A stretch of 64,000 nucleotides of DNA from Actinomycetota bacterium (GCA_034669165.1 JAXDOC010000014.1:41110-105109); one strand, 5' to 3'. Counted from the first letter of the stretch, positions 9,065 through 19,328 are shown. The notes: generated from the letters alone by a model not told the origin. Numbers and translations: made by a program.

Positions 9065-10237
9065 TTGATCGAACAGGTGTACGATTTGGACGTGCTGGAG
9101 GGTCTGGCCGAGGCGATCGGGAAGCTGCGGGTTCCGTGGAACAGCGCGGCGTTGGTACAGGCCCTAGCCTTGCGGGACCGCCTCGATGCACTGATCGCGG
9201 AGGCGGTCGGCGAGTTCGACGAAGCCCATCTATGGGATATCGACTCGGCCACATCTATGACGGCGTGGTTGCGGGACCAGGCGTCCATGACATCGAATGC
9301 GGCTCATCATCTGGTATCGGTGGCCGGCCGATTGCGGAAGTTGCCGGTGTGCGCCGCCGCCTATCGCGACGGGACGCTGTCGAAGGGTCAGGTCGAGGTC
9401 ATCCTGGCCAAGGTCGACGACGCCACGATCGACGCTTTCGCCGAGGTCGAGGCCGAGCTGGTGTCCCACCTGGCCCCGTTGAGCCTGGCGGGATGTTCGC
9501 GGGCCATGGGCCGGTGGCGAGAGCAGGTGGAGGAGCCCAAGGAATCGCCCGATCCCGAACGCTCGTTGCACCTGTCGGCCACGTTGGATGGCCGCCACGT
9601 CATCGAGGGCCATCTCGACGCCGAGGGCGGGGCCACGGTGGCCGCCGCCCTGGCCCTGGCCACCGTGGAGAATGCCGAGCGAACCCCGGCTGAGCGTCGG
9701 GCCGACGCCCTGGTCGACGTGAGCCGGTTCTTCCTCGATCACCAGCAGACGCACACGGGCGGTCGTGAGCGGCCGCACCTCAGCCTGGTGGCCGACGTGG
9801 AAGCAATTGAAGAAGGACGGGGCGGGCGGGTGGTGGGCGGACCGGCCCTCGACGGGACGACGATGTCGAGACTGCTGTGCGACTGCACCCTGCACCGGGT
9901 CCTGACCAAGGGCCGCTCGGCCATCCTCGACTACGGCACGGCCACGAGGACCATTCCCGCCAACATGTGGAACGCGCTGGTCATCCGCGACGAGCACTGC
10001 CGCTTCCCGGGCTGTGACCGCACGTCAGCCTGGTGCGAAGGCCATCACGTCCGCTGGGTCACCCACGGCGGGGCGACCGAGATCGGCAACCTCGTGCTCC
10101 TGTGCTCCCGCCATCACCACCGACTCCACCAACCCGATTGGCAGGCCAAGCTCCTGCCCGACGCCACCTTCGAGGTCACCGACCCCAACGGGATGGTTCG
10201 GGCCACGTCACCACCACGGGCGGAGCCGTGGTGGTGA
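9065..10237 (+). CDS. DUF222 / HNH endonuclease family protein (REP13E12-like), copy 1
   Basis: The DUF222-like N-terminus is followed by an HNH motif (HCRFPGCDRTSAWCEGHHVRWVTHGGATEIGNLVLLCSRHHHRLH). A near-identical paralog lies at 17572-18756. Confidence 0.85.
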   Translation: MIEQVYDLDVLEGLAEAIGKLRVPWNSAALVQALALRDRLDALIAEAVGEFDEAHLWDIDSATSMTAWLRDQASMTSNAAHHLVSVAGRLRKLPVCAAAYRDGTLSKGQVEVILAKVDDATIDAFAEVEAELVSHLAPLSLAGCSRAMGRWREQVEEPKESPDPERSLHLSATLDGRHVIEGHLDAEGGATVAAALALATVENAERTPAERRADALVDVSRFFLDHQQTHTGGRERPHLSLVADVEAIEEGRGGRVVGGPALDGTTMSRLLCDCTLHRVLTKGRSAILDYGTATRTIPANMWNALVIRDEHCRFPGCDRTSAWCEGHHVRWVTHGGATEIGNLVLLCSRHHHRLHQPDWQAKLLPDATFEVTDPNGMVRATSPPRAEPWW

Positions 10238-10284
10238 CGGGTGCGGCGATGGTCGGCGTCGCCGCGCTTGCGGGCGGGTCGGCC

Positions 10285-11556
10285 TCAGTCGCTCGCGCCG
10301 GGGGCGGGGGGTTGGGGGGGCGTGTCGGGGTCGGGGTACTCGCCGCCGCCCTCGGTGCTGTCGGCGGCACCGCTGTTCTGCTGGGCGATGACGTACTCGT
10401 TGCCGTCCTCGTCCTCGAGGGGGACGCTGGTGACCGCCTCTTCCGTGACTGCCGGGTCCTCGGTGGGTTCGGGTTCGCTCACGCCCGACCCGTCCCCCGT
10501 GGTTGGCTCCATGAAACTCTCGATGTCGGGCTCGGGCGGCGGTCGGCGCAGCTCGAGGTACACCACCTTCACCGACGCCACCACCGGCACGGCCAGCAGC
10601 GCCCCCACCACGCCGCCGGCCGAGACACCGATCAGGGCCGCGGTCATGGTGGCGGGCGGCGAGAGGTGCACCGACTTGCCCACGATCACCGGGCCGAGGA
10701 CGTGGTTCTCGAACTGCAGGTAGAGCACGAAGAGCCCGGCGCAGATGAGCCCGGTGGTGATCCCCTGGGTGAGGCCCAGCAGGACGAACGGGATGCCGCC
10801 CATCGCCCCGCCGATCTGGGGCACGAGGTCGAAGACGGCCACCCACAGGGCCAGCAGCGGGGTGAGGGGGACGCCGAAGAACAGGCCCACGACCAGGATG
10901 AAGAGCCCGGCGATGCCCGCCACCAGGACCGACCCGGCCACGTAGCGGCCCACTGTCTCGTACGCCAGGCGGCCGATGCGGTCGGCCTGCGCCCGCCGAT
11001 GGGGTGGGAAGAGCCGGCGCACCCCCCGGACCAGACGCTCGCCGTCGAGCAGCAGGCTGATCGTGACGAGCAGGGTGAAGAAGAAGGCGATGAAACCGTC
11101 GGCCACCCGCACCGCGGCCTCACCGATGGGGGTGTCGTCGCCCTCGAGGCGGGCGGGCAGGTCCTCGATCCACTGGCGGACCTTGTCAGCCGTGCCCGCC
11201 GCGGCCAGGTCGTCGCCCACCACGGGCAGGGTCTCGATCTGGCCCACCACCTCGTCGAGGTCGCCGCCGAGCTCGCGCCCCTGGCGGATGGCGGGCGGCA
11301 GGAGGAGGGCCATCGCGGCCACGACCACCAGCACCAGGCCCGCCACCACCGCGGCCACGGCCCCCGGCCGGCCCAGGTGCAGCCGCCGTTGGGCGGCCGT
11401 GACGAGGGGCGTCAGGGCCAGCGCGAGGAGCGTCCCGACGGCGAGGACGGTGACCGCCCGGGGCGCGGTGCGGATGAGGTTGGTGACGGCGAGGAGGCCG
11501 ACGAAGGCACCCAGCACCCACGCCACCGACCGCCAGTCGAGGTCGACCTCCCGCAC
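10285..11556 (-). CDS. AI-2E family (PerM/UPF0118) transporter with acidic C-terminal tail
   Basis: This is the C-terminal 423 codons of the 786-aa track ORF. It is a multi-TM protein with ...FDLVPQIGGAMGGIPFVLLGL...YLQFENHVLGPVIVGKSV. GTG start chosen at 11556. The upstream part of the track ORF is antisense to the neighbouring gene. Confidence 0.8.
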   Translation of the reverse strand: MREVDLDWRSVAWVLGAFVGLLAVTNLIRTAPRAVTVLAVGTLLALALTPLVTAAQRRLHLGRPGAVAAVVAGLVLVVVAAMALLLPPAIRQGRELGGDLDEVVGQIETLPVVGDDLAAAGTADKVRQWIEDLPARLEGDDTPIGEAAVRVADGFIAFFFTLLVTISLLLDGERLVRGVRRLFPPHRRAQADRIGRLAYETVGRYVAGSVLVAGIAGLFILVVGLFFGVPLTPLLALWVAVFDLVPQIGGAMGGIPFVLLGLTQGITTGLICAGLFVLYLQFENHVLGPVIVGKSVHLSPPATMTAALIGVSAGGVVGALLAVPVVASVKVVYLELRRPPPEPDIESFMEPTTGDGSGVSEPEPTEDPAVTEEAVTSVPLEDEDGNEYVIAQQNSGAADSTEGGGEYPDPDTPPQPPAPGASD

Positions 11557-11751
11557 CGGGGCCTCGGGACCGCCGCCCCGGCGTCGCCGCCATCGGCTCC
11601 GGCGGCCCTGCGCCCGACTGTCGGTCGCCACCGCGACCGTGTCGTTGACGACGGCGGCGGACGTCCCGGCGGCCGTCTCACCCGCAGCGCGGTCCGGTTG
11701 CGCCGGAGCCGAGGGGAGGCCGGGGTCCGCCACCGTCGGTACTCTACCGAC

Positions 11752-12774
11752 GTGGCGGTCCCCAGGGAACGGCTGTTGATCAGTCCCCGGTCGGCGGTGC
11801 TGGCCGTCGTCATGCTGGGGGCGACCCTCGCCGGGCTGGCCATGGTCGCCGCCTCCCGGCGGGTCATCGGGTGGATCCTGGTGGCGGGCACCTTCGCCGG
11901 CCTGCTCCATCCCATCGTGTCCTGCCTGCAACGCCGCATGCGCCGGGGGCTGGCGGTGCTGATCGTGATGGTGACGCTGGTCGTCACCGCCGGCGTGGTG
12001 ATCTACGGCCTGATCGACGACGTCACCGCCCAGACCGAGCGCCTCCAGGAGGCGGCCCCGGAACGGGCCGAGTCCCTCGAGCGCTCCCCCCGGTTCGGCG
12101 AGATCGCCCGCGACCTCCACGTCGCCGAGCGCACCCGCCGGTTCCTCGACGACCTGCCCGAGCGGTTGCGGGGGGGTTCCACCGCCGACGCCATCCGGGC
12201 CGCCGCCACCCGGGGCGTGGCCTTCCTCGCCACGGGCGTCCTCACCATCTTCTTCCTCCAGCACGGGCCCCGGATCGCGGCCGGCGCCGTCCGCCAGTTC
12301 TCCGAGCCCCGAACCCGGCGGCGGCTCACCCAGCTGGGGCCGGTGGTCTACGCCCGGGCCTTCGGCTACGCCGCCGCCAACCTCACCATGGCCATCGCCG
12401 CCGGCCTCTTCGCCTTCGCCATGGCCCGGGTGGCCGACGTCCCGGGACCGGCCGCGCTCGGGATCTGGGTCGGGCTGTGGGACCTGGTGCCGGTGGCCGG
12501 CGCCCTGGTGGGGGCTTCGCCCATCGTCGCCCTGGCCGCGGTGAGCTCGGGCGGCGACGCGGCCTGGCTGGCCGTGGTCTTCATCGGCTACCAGGTGGCC
12601 GAGAACATGCTGGTGGAGAAGCGGGTGGAGGCCCAGACGGTGCACGTCGGGCCGTTCCTCACCCTCGCCGCGGGCCTGGTCGGCCTGGAGCTGGCCGGCG
12701 TGCCCGGTGCCCTGCTGTCGGTGCTGGCCGTCACCATCGCCATCGCCGCCGCCGACGAGGTGGCGCCGGCGTAG
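11752..12774 (+). CDS. AI-2E family (PerM/UPF0118) transporter, divergent paralog
   Basis: This is the C-terminal 340 codons of the 913-aa track ORF. It is a multi-TM protein with WDLVPVAGALVGASPIVALA...GYQVAENMLVEKRVEAQTV. GTG start at 11752. Confidence 0.8.
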   Translation: MAVPRERLLISPRSAVLAVVMLGATLAGLAMVAASRRVIGWILVAGTFAGLLHPIVSCLQRRMRRGLAVLIVMVTLVVTAGVVIYGLIDDVTAQTERLQEAAPERAESLERSPRFGEIARDLHVAERTRRFLDDLPERLRGGSTADAIRAAATRGVAFLATGVLTIFFLQHGPRIAAGAVRQFSEPRTRRRLTQLGPVVYARAFGYAAANLTMAIAAGLFAFAMARVADVPGPAALGIWVGLWDLVPVAGALVGASPIVALAAVSSGGDAAWLAVVFIGYQVAENMLVEKRVEAQTVHVGPFLTLAAGLVGLELAGVPGALLSVLAVTIAIAAADEVAPA

Positions 12775-12778
12775 ACCA

Positions 12779-13108
12779 TCAGGCGGGGTCGGGGTCGGGC
12801 AGGGTCTCGGAGAGGGTCTTCAAGCGCTCCAACTGGTGCCAGTGGTCGGTGACCCGGCGCATGCCCTCCGGCGTCAGGGCCACGTTGGTGTTGGGCTTCT
12901 TGAGGACGAAGCGCTTCTCGATCGTCACCAGCCCCGCCTCCTCCAGCTTGGTCAGGTGGCTGGACAGGTTCCCCTTGGTCAACCCGGTCGTGCGCTGGAG
13001 GAAGACGAAGTCGGCCGCCTGCACCGACGACAGGACGGTCATGATCGCCAGCCGGCCCGGCTCGTGGATCAGCCGGTCGAGGATCAGGTCGTCCTTAGGT
13101 TGCGGCAT
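12779..13108 (-). CDS. Winged-helix (ArsR-like) transcriptional regulator
   Basis: 109 aa from an internal ATG: MPQPKDDLILDRLIHEPGRLAIMTVL...TTGLTKGNLSSHLTKLEEAGLV. This is a typical HTH-plus-wing signature. Confidence 0.8.
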   Translation of the reverse strand: MPQPKDDLILDRLIHEPGRLAIMTVLSSVQAADFVFLQRTTGLTKGNLSSHLTKLEEAGLVTIEKRFVLKKPNTNVALTPEGMRRVTDHWHQLERLKTLSETLPDPDPA

Positions 13109-13694
13109 GGCTGTCCTCGAGGTCGACGTCGGCGGGCGACCCGAACGTGCGCACCAGGAGGCGGTGGTCGAGCAGTCCCGTGACGATGGCCGCCGCGCCG
13201 ATGATGAGCAGGCCGATGTTGGGGGTGTCGGAGGTGCTCGGGTCACCCCACAGCGGGACCAGGCTCGCCACCAGGACCGCGCCCCAGATGACGACGTGGT
13301 GGAGCCGGAGGCCGACCGTGACCGCGTAGAAGCCCAGCGCCACCGTGGCCCAGGCGATCCCGAAGCCGTTGAGCGGCAGATCGAGCGCCTGGACGAGGAT
13401 CGGACCGCCGATCATCATCGCCACCGCGCCGATGGTGGCGAGAGTGGGGATGTTGCGCATCCGGCCGGTGCGGAGCGTGACCCGTCCGTAGTGGTCGTTG
13501 TAGTACCGCACGCCCAGCAGGTAGAGCCCGCCGGCGAGGACGATGGCCACCGGTACGGTCCACAATTCGCGGAACGGCCCCCATTCCATGTTCCCCAGGC
13601 CGGAGGCGATCAGGACCATCCCGAAGGGGATGGCGAGCAGGCCCCGCAGGTAGTGGTTGCTCGCCGCCGCCGCTTCCAGTTGCTTCCGTTCCAT
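13095..13694 (-). CDS. Integral membrane protein, co-transcribed with the wHTH regulator
   Basis: 199 aa with about 5 hydrophobic helices. Its 3' end overlaps the regulator start by 14 nt. Confidence 0.65.
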   Translation of the reverse strand: MERKQLEAAAASNHYLRGLLAIPFGMVLIASGLGNMEWGPFRELWTVPVAIVLAGGLYLLGVRYYNDHYGRVTLRTGRMRNIPTLATIGAVAMMIGGPILVQALDLPLNGFGIAWATVALGFYAVTVGLRLHHVVIWGAVLVASLVPLWGDPSTSDTPNIGLLIIGAAAIVTGLLDHRLLVRTFGSPADVDLEDSHAAT

Positions 13695-13712
13695 CGCGTT
13701 TTCCGATCTCTC

Positions 13713-13780
13713 AAACTAGTTGGCACCACAAACCTAACGCCGGTGGCCGGCTCACGTCAACTAGTTTGTGGCGCAAACCT
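13713..13780. promoter_or_regulatory. Two 23-bp operator-like repeats, each containing the palindrome AACTAGTT
   Basis: Site A is AAACTAGTTGGCACCACAAACCT (13713-13735). Site B is CAACTAGTTTGTGGCGCAAACCT (13758-13780). They match at 17 of 23 positions. They lie in a conspicuously AT-richer stretch directly upstream of the membrane-protein/wHTH operon start (13694). Confidence 0.3.
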
Positions 13781-13843
13781 GGATATCTACGCCCGCCCGC
13801 AGCGCGGCGCGACCCTCGGCGACCAGCTCCTCCAGCGCCGTGG

Positions 13844-14791
13844 TCACCTGGTCGATCCTGAGGACTGGTCGCCTTCGCCACCGGAGGCCGCGGCCCGTTG
13901 CTCCAGCCAGCGGCGGATGCCGGCGGCGTTGGCGTGGACCCCGTTGAGCGTCTCCAACCGGGCCTGGTCGTCGGCGCCGACGCCGGTGAGGTCGGACCCG
14001 AACGCCTCCGACAGCGCGGCCGGGATGTCCCGCCCCTCCCGCCACGCCGCTTCCGCCACCTCCGCCCACCGGCGCAGGACCTCACCCGCCTCCTCCAGCG
14101 AGTCGGCGGGGTCGCCCGGGATGATCCCGAAGTGGGCCAGGGCCAGGGCGGACGGCCGGCGGGCGGCGAAGCGCCCCAGCGAGTCGAGGGCCAGGTCGAG
14201 GTCGAAGTCGGGCGGCGGGGTGGCGGGCCGGAGCACGCCCACGTCGGGCAGGCGCACGCCGACCGCGTCGCCCACGAAGAGGATCCCCGACTCCGAGTCG
14301 TGCAGTCCCAAGTGGTGCTTGGCGTGGCCGGGCGAGTCGACCGCGGTCAGGGCCCGCCCCGGTCCGACCACGACCTGGTCACCGTCGCCCAGGATCGTGA
14401 TGCGGTCGGCGGGCGTGGGCTCCAGCCGGCCGTACAGCGAGTCGAGGAGGTCGCCGTAGACCCGGGCCGCCGACGCCACCAGCCGGGACGGGTCGGCCAG
14501 GTGGCGGGCCCCCTTCTCGTGCACGTAGACCCGGGCCTGGGGAAAGGCGGCGGCCACGTCGCCCACCCCGCCGGCGTGGTCGAGGTGGATGTGGGTGACC
14601 ACCACGCCGGCCAGGTCGGACGGGCCCAGCCCGTGGTCGGCCAGCGCGGCCAACAGGGCCGGCACCGACGTCTGGCTGCCGGTCTCCACCAGCACCGGCT
14701 CCGGCCCCTCGACCAGGTAGCCGGCGGTCACCCGCTCCCACCCCCCCAGGAGCGTGTCGATCTGGACGACGCCGGGCCCGATGCGCGTCAT
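13844..14791 (-). CDS. MBL-fold metallo-hydrolase
   Basis: 315 aa from the internal ATG at 14791. It has the THIHLDHAGG (HxHxDH) motif and later SPGHAKHH. Confidence 0.85.
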   Translation of the reverse strand: MTRIGPGVVQIDTLLGGWERVTAGYLVEGPEPVLVETGSQTSVPALLAALADHGLGPSDLAGVVVTHIHLDHAGGVGDVAAAFPQARVYVHEKGARHLADPSRLVASAARVYGDLLDSLYGRLEPTPADRITILGDGDQVVVGPGRALTAVDSPGHAKHHLGLHDSESGILFVGDAVGVRLPDVGVLRPATPPPDFDLDLALDSLGRFAARRPSALALAHFGIIPGDPADSLEEAGEVLRRWAEVAEAAWREGRDIPAALSEAFGSDLTGVGADDQARLETLNGVHANAAGIRRWLEQRAAASGGEGDQSSGSTR

Positions 14792-14795
14792 TGCG

Positions 14796-14936
14796 TCAGT
14801 GGCAGCCGGCGTGGCCGCAGTCGCAGTCGTGGACGTGATGGCCCTCGCGGGTCCCGTGCTTCTGGCAGTAGTCGCTGCAGAACCCGTCCTCCCGGGGCTC
14901 GCAGTGGCATCCCTCGTGTCCGCACGTCGCAGCCAT
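14796..14936 (-). CDS. Bacterial metallothionein (SmtA/BmtA-like), 46 aa
   Basis: Absent from the ORF track because it is short. My translation is MAATCGHEGCHCEPREDGFCSDYCQKHGTREGHHVHDCDCGHAGCH, with 9 Cys and 8 His. The pattern resembles SmtA (CxCEPCxC ... YCSxxC ... GCGHxGC). GGGAGG lies 6 nt upstream of the ATG. The stop is 4 nt before the MBL gene start. Confidence 0.7.
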   Translation of the reverse strand: MAATCGHEGCHCEPREDGFCSDYCQKHGTREGHHVHDCDCGHAGCH

Positions 14937-14995
14937 ATGTGTCCTCCCGGTGGGCGCCCGTTCGACCTTCGACCGATATCGGTCAGGCTAGAGGC

Positions 14996-15601
14996 GTGAA
15001 ACCGCGTGAGCGCACGACCATTTCTCCCCTCGGCGCACTGTTCCGGGGGACGACGGCGGGGGCGGTCGGCACCGCGGCCATGGACCTGCTCCTCTACCGC
15101 CGCTACCGGCGGGGCGGCGGCTCCCAGGGCCTCTGGGAGTGGGAGCTGTCGGGCGGCCTCTCCGATTGGGACGGGGCGCCCGCGCCCGCTCTCGTCGGCC
15201 GGCGGCTGGTGGAGGGCCTGTTCCAGATCGACCTGTCCCCCCGCTGGGCCCGGACGATGAACAACCTCACCCACTGGGGCTTCGGAAAGCTCTGGGGCGG
15301 CGGGTACGGCCTGGTGGCGGGGTCGACCACGATGCCCCCGGTGTTGTCCGGCCTGGCCCTGGGGTCGGTAGTGTGGGGCCAGGGCTACGTCGTGCTGCCC
15401 CTGGCCAAGCTGTACCGGCCGATCTGGGAGTACGACGCCAAGACCCTGGCCAACGACTACAGCGCCCACCTCGTCTACGGCGTGACGACCGCCCTCGCCT
15501 TCCGGGCGTTGACCGCCGGCGGGAAGCCGACTCCAGGAGGTCGTGTCCGCGGGCCCTGTCGACGCTCCAAGGGGCGGGAAGGGGCGCTCGCGGCCGCGTA
15601 G
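14996..15601 (+). CDS. Hypothetical membrane-associated protein
   Basis: This is the tail of a 567-aa track ORF. The coding-like part starts near the GTG at 14996 (VKPRERTTISPLGALFRGTTAGAVGTAAMDLLLYRRY...WGFGKLWGGGYGLVAG...). The start is uncertain. Confidence 0.5.
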   Translation: MKPRERTTISPLGALFRGTTAGAVGTAAMDLLLYRRYRRGGGSQGLWEWELSGGLSDWDGAPAPALVGRRLVEGLFQIDLSPRWARTMNNLTHWGFGKLWGGGYGLVAGSTTMPPVLSGLALGSVVWGQGYVVLPLAKLYRPIWEYDAKTLANDYSAHLVYGVTTALAFRALTAGGKPTPGGRVRGPCRRSKGREGALAAA

Positions 15602-15694
15602 ACCCGGCGGCCTTCACGCGGCCGACAACCGACCCGTCCGGTCCGGACCGACGGTCGCCGCTGGTGGGTCGGGACGGGCCGTACCCTGGCGGCG

Positions 15695-17152
<1,458 letters not shown>

Positions 17153-17159
17153 CCGCCGC

Positions 17160-17286
17160 GTCGGCGGCGGTGACGGGGCGGCGGTGACGGGGCGGCGGTG
17201 AGGGGCGGCGGTGACGGGGGCGGCGGTGACGGGGGCGGCGGTGACGGGGCGGCGGTGAGGGGGCGGCGGTGAGGGGGCGGGGGCGG
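17160..17286. repeat. G-rich tandem repeat, about 8 copies of a 13-15 bp unit GGCGGCGGTGA(C/G)GGG
   Basis: Read directly from the sequence. The GGTGA cores recur at spacings of 14, 14, 13, 15, 15, 14 and 14 nt, starting immediately after the pyk stop codon. Confidence 0.9.
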
Positions 17287-17571
17287 GTCCGGCCGCACGA
17301 AGGCGCGGTGTAGCGGGCGCCGGCGTGAGGAAGGTCCGGGCGGTGGCAAATGCTCCGGCGGCGAAGAGGACCGGTGCGCCCCCGGCGGGCGGGCCGCCAG
17401 GAAGGGACCCCGCCGGCAGCCGGGCCCGCCCTGTCCATCCCTACCAGGCGTCGGCAGCGGTGGTCCCGGCATTGCCGAGGCGGCCCCTCCTGTGCGAACT
17501 TCGATGGAAGCATTGCCAAGCGCTGAGCTGAGCGCTATACGACCACAGATTCTGTCTCTATTTGGCTCAAT

Positions 17572-18756
17572 TTGCTTGCGTCATTGGTCGAACAGGTGTA
17601 CGATTACGGTGTGCTGGCGGACCTGGCCGAGACGATCGAGACGCTGCGGATACCGACCGATAGTGCATCGATTGCGCAGGCTGTCGCCTTGCGGGATCGA
17701 CTCGACGCCCTGATCGCGGAGGCCGTAGGCGAGTTCGACGCTGCGCAGCTGTGGGATATCGACTCGGCAACATCTATGACGGCTTGGTTGCGGGACCAGG
17801 CGTCCATGACATCGAACGCGGCGCATCATCTGGTGTCGTTGGCTGGCCGATTGCGGAAGTTGCCCGTGTGCGCCGCCGCCTATCGGGACGGGACGTTGTC
17901 GAAGGGCCAGGTCGAGGTGATCCTGGCCAAGGTCGACGACGCCACGATCGACGCCTTCGCCGAGGTCGAGGCCGAGCTGGTGTCCCACCTGGCCCCGTTG
18001 AGCCCGTCGGGATGTTCGCGGGCCATGGCCCGGTGGCAAGACCAGGTCGAGGAACACAAGGACTCCGCTGACCCCGAGCGTTCGCTGCACCTGTCAGCGA
18101 CATTGGACGGGCGTCACGTCATAGAGGGACACCTCGACGCCGAGGGCGGAGCCACCGTGGCCGCGGCGCTGGCTCTGGCCACCGTCGATGATCCCGATAG
18201 GAACCCGGCCGAGCGCCGGGGCGACGCATTGGTCGACGTGAGCCGGTTCTTCCTCGACCACCAGAAGACCCCCACGGGCGGTCGTGAGCGACCGCACCTC
18301 AGCCTGGTGGCCGACGTGGCTGCGATGGAGGAAGGACGGGGCGGACGGGTGGTGGGTGGACCGGCCCTCGACGGCACCACGATGTCGAGATTGCTGTGCG
18401 ACTGCACGCTGCACCGGGTGCTGACCAAGGGCCGCTCGGCCATCCTCGACTACGGCACGGCCACGAGGACCATCCCCGCCAACCTGTGGAACGCACTGGT
18501 GATCCGCGACGAGCACTGCCGCTTCCCGGGCTGTGACCGCAAGTCAGCCTGGTGCGAAGGCCATCACGTGCGCTGGGTCACCCACGGCGGGGCGACCGAG
18601 ATCAACAACCTCGTGCTCCTGTGCTCCCGCCATCACCACCGACTCCACCAACCCGATTGGCAGGCCAAGCTCCTGCCCGACGCCACCTTCGAAGTCACCG
18701 ACCCGAATGGGATGGTCCGGGCCACGTCGCCACCAAGGGCGGAGCCGGGGTGGTGA
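17572..18756 (+). CDS. DUF222 / HNH endonuclease family protein (REP13E12-like), copy 2
   Basis: 394 aa, collinear with copy 1 and with the same HNH motif. The DNA I aligned by eye is mostly identical. The shared sequence begins at CTTGCGTCATTG(A/G)TCGAACAGGTGTACGAT. Confidence 0.85.
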   Translation: MLASLVEQVYDYGVLADLAETIETLRIPTDSASIAQAVALRDRLDALIAEAVGEFDAAQLWDIDSATSMTAWLRDQASMTSNAAHHLVSLAGRLRKLPVCAAAYRDGTLSKGQVEVILAKVDDATIDAFAEVEAELVSHLAPLSPSGCSRAMARWQDQVEEHKDSADPERSLHLSATLDGRHVIEGHLDAEGGATVAAALALATVDDPDRNPAERRGDALVDVSRFFLDHQKTPTGGRERPHLSLVADVAAMEEGRGGRVVGGPALDGTTMSRLLCDCTLHRVLTKGRSAILDYGTATRTIPANLWNALVIRDEHCRFPGCDRKSAWCEGHHVRWVTHGGATEINNLVLLCSRHHHRLHQPDWQAKLLPDATFEVTDPNGMVRATSPPRAEPGW

Positions 18757-18858
18757 CAGGTGATGATCGGGCGGGGGCGACCGGCGGAGCCGCGCCGCGC
18801 CGCGGCAACGCACCGCGACCGCCCTCCGGAGCACGAACAGCGTTCCGAGAAAGCACTA

Positions 18859-18945
18859 ATTGGCAGACAAAGCTCCTGCCCGACGCCACCTTCGAAGTCA
18901 CCGACCCGGGCCCCGTCGCCACCAAGAGCGGAGCCGGGGTCGTAA
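18859..18945 (+). pseudogene. Orphan duplicate of the 3' end of the HNH gene
   Basis: ATTGGCAGACAAAGCTCCTGCCCGACGCCACCTTCGAAGTCACCGACCCGGGCCCCGTCGCCACCAAGAGCGGAGCCGGGGTCGTAA repeats 18656-18756 (WQAKLLPDATFEVTDP...), with a 14-nt internal deletion (GAATGGGATGGTCC) and a few substitutions. Confidence 0.6.
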
Positions 18946-18992
18946 GGGATGAGTGGCACGAGCGCAGCCGAGCTCGTGGCTTCGACGCGGCG

Positions 18993-19328
18993 TCAGCGGG
19001 CGCCGGGTACTTTTCGGCCCCGGTCGGTGGCCACCTTGCGAGCCTCTCGGAGCACGAACAGCGGCCCGAGGGGGACGTAGTACCCGGCCACGTAGATCGA
19101 CGCGCACAAGGCGAGGACCCAGAGGAGCTTGCTCATCCAACCGTGCCGGACGGGCTTGGCGGCAGGCGAGACGACCCACGCCGCCGCGGCGACGAGGACC
19201 AGCGTGGTCAAGATGTTGACGGTCAGATGCCAGGGGTCATCCCACTCCACCATGTCCTCCATGTTGGTCGCGTCCCACCGATCCTCGTTGTCCCACCCGG
19301 TCGGCATACTGGTCGGCATGGCTGACAA
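18993..19328 (-). CDS. Small membrane protein (hypothetical)
   Basis: 111 aa with an acidic, Trp-rich N-terminus and two hydrophobic helices (LTVNILTTLVLVAAAAWVV, LLWVLALCASIYVAGYYV). The start is uncertain because the first codons overlap the divergent ogt start. Confidence 0.5.
   Translation of the reverse strand: MSAMPTSMPTGWDNEDRWDATNMEDMVEWDDPWHLTVNILTTLVLVAAAAWVVSPAAKPVRHGWMSKLLWVLALCASIYVAGYYVPLGPLFVLREARKVATDRGRKVPGAR

Noticed and set aside
8806-9288. 160-aa minus-strand ORF upstream of and over HNH copy 1
   Set aside because: It is antisense to the well-supported HNH gene and runs through the AT-rich intergenic stretch. Its Ser/Ala/Arg-rich composition is unconvincing.
10285-12645. 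786-aa minus ORF and 913-aa plus ORF (10033-12774) overlapping each other
   Set aside because: Each contains one genuine AI-2E transporter at its 3' end. The N-terminal extensions are antisense readings of the other gene.
17160-17286. Possible CRISPR array
   Set aside because: The units are only 13-15 bp and directly abutting, with no spacers. This is a simple tandem repeat. No cas genes are present in the window.
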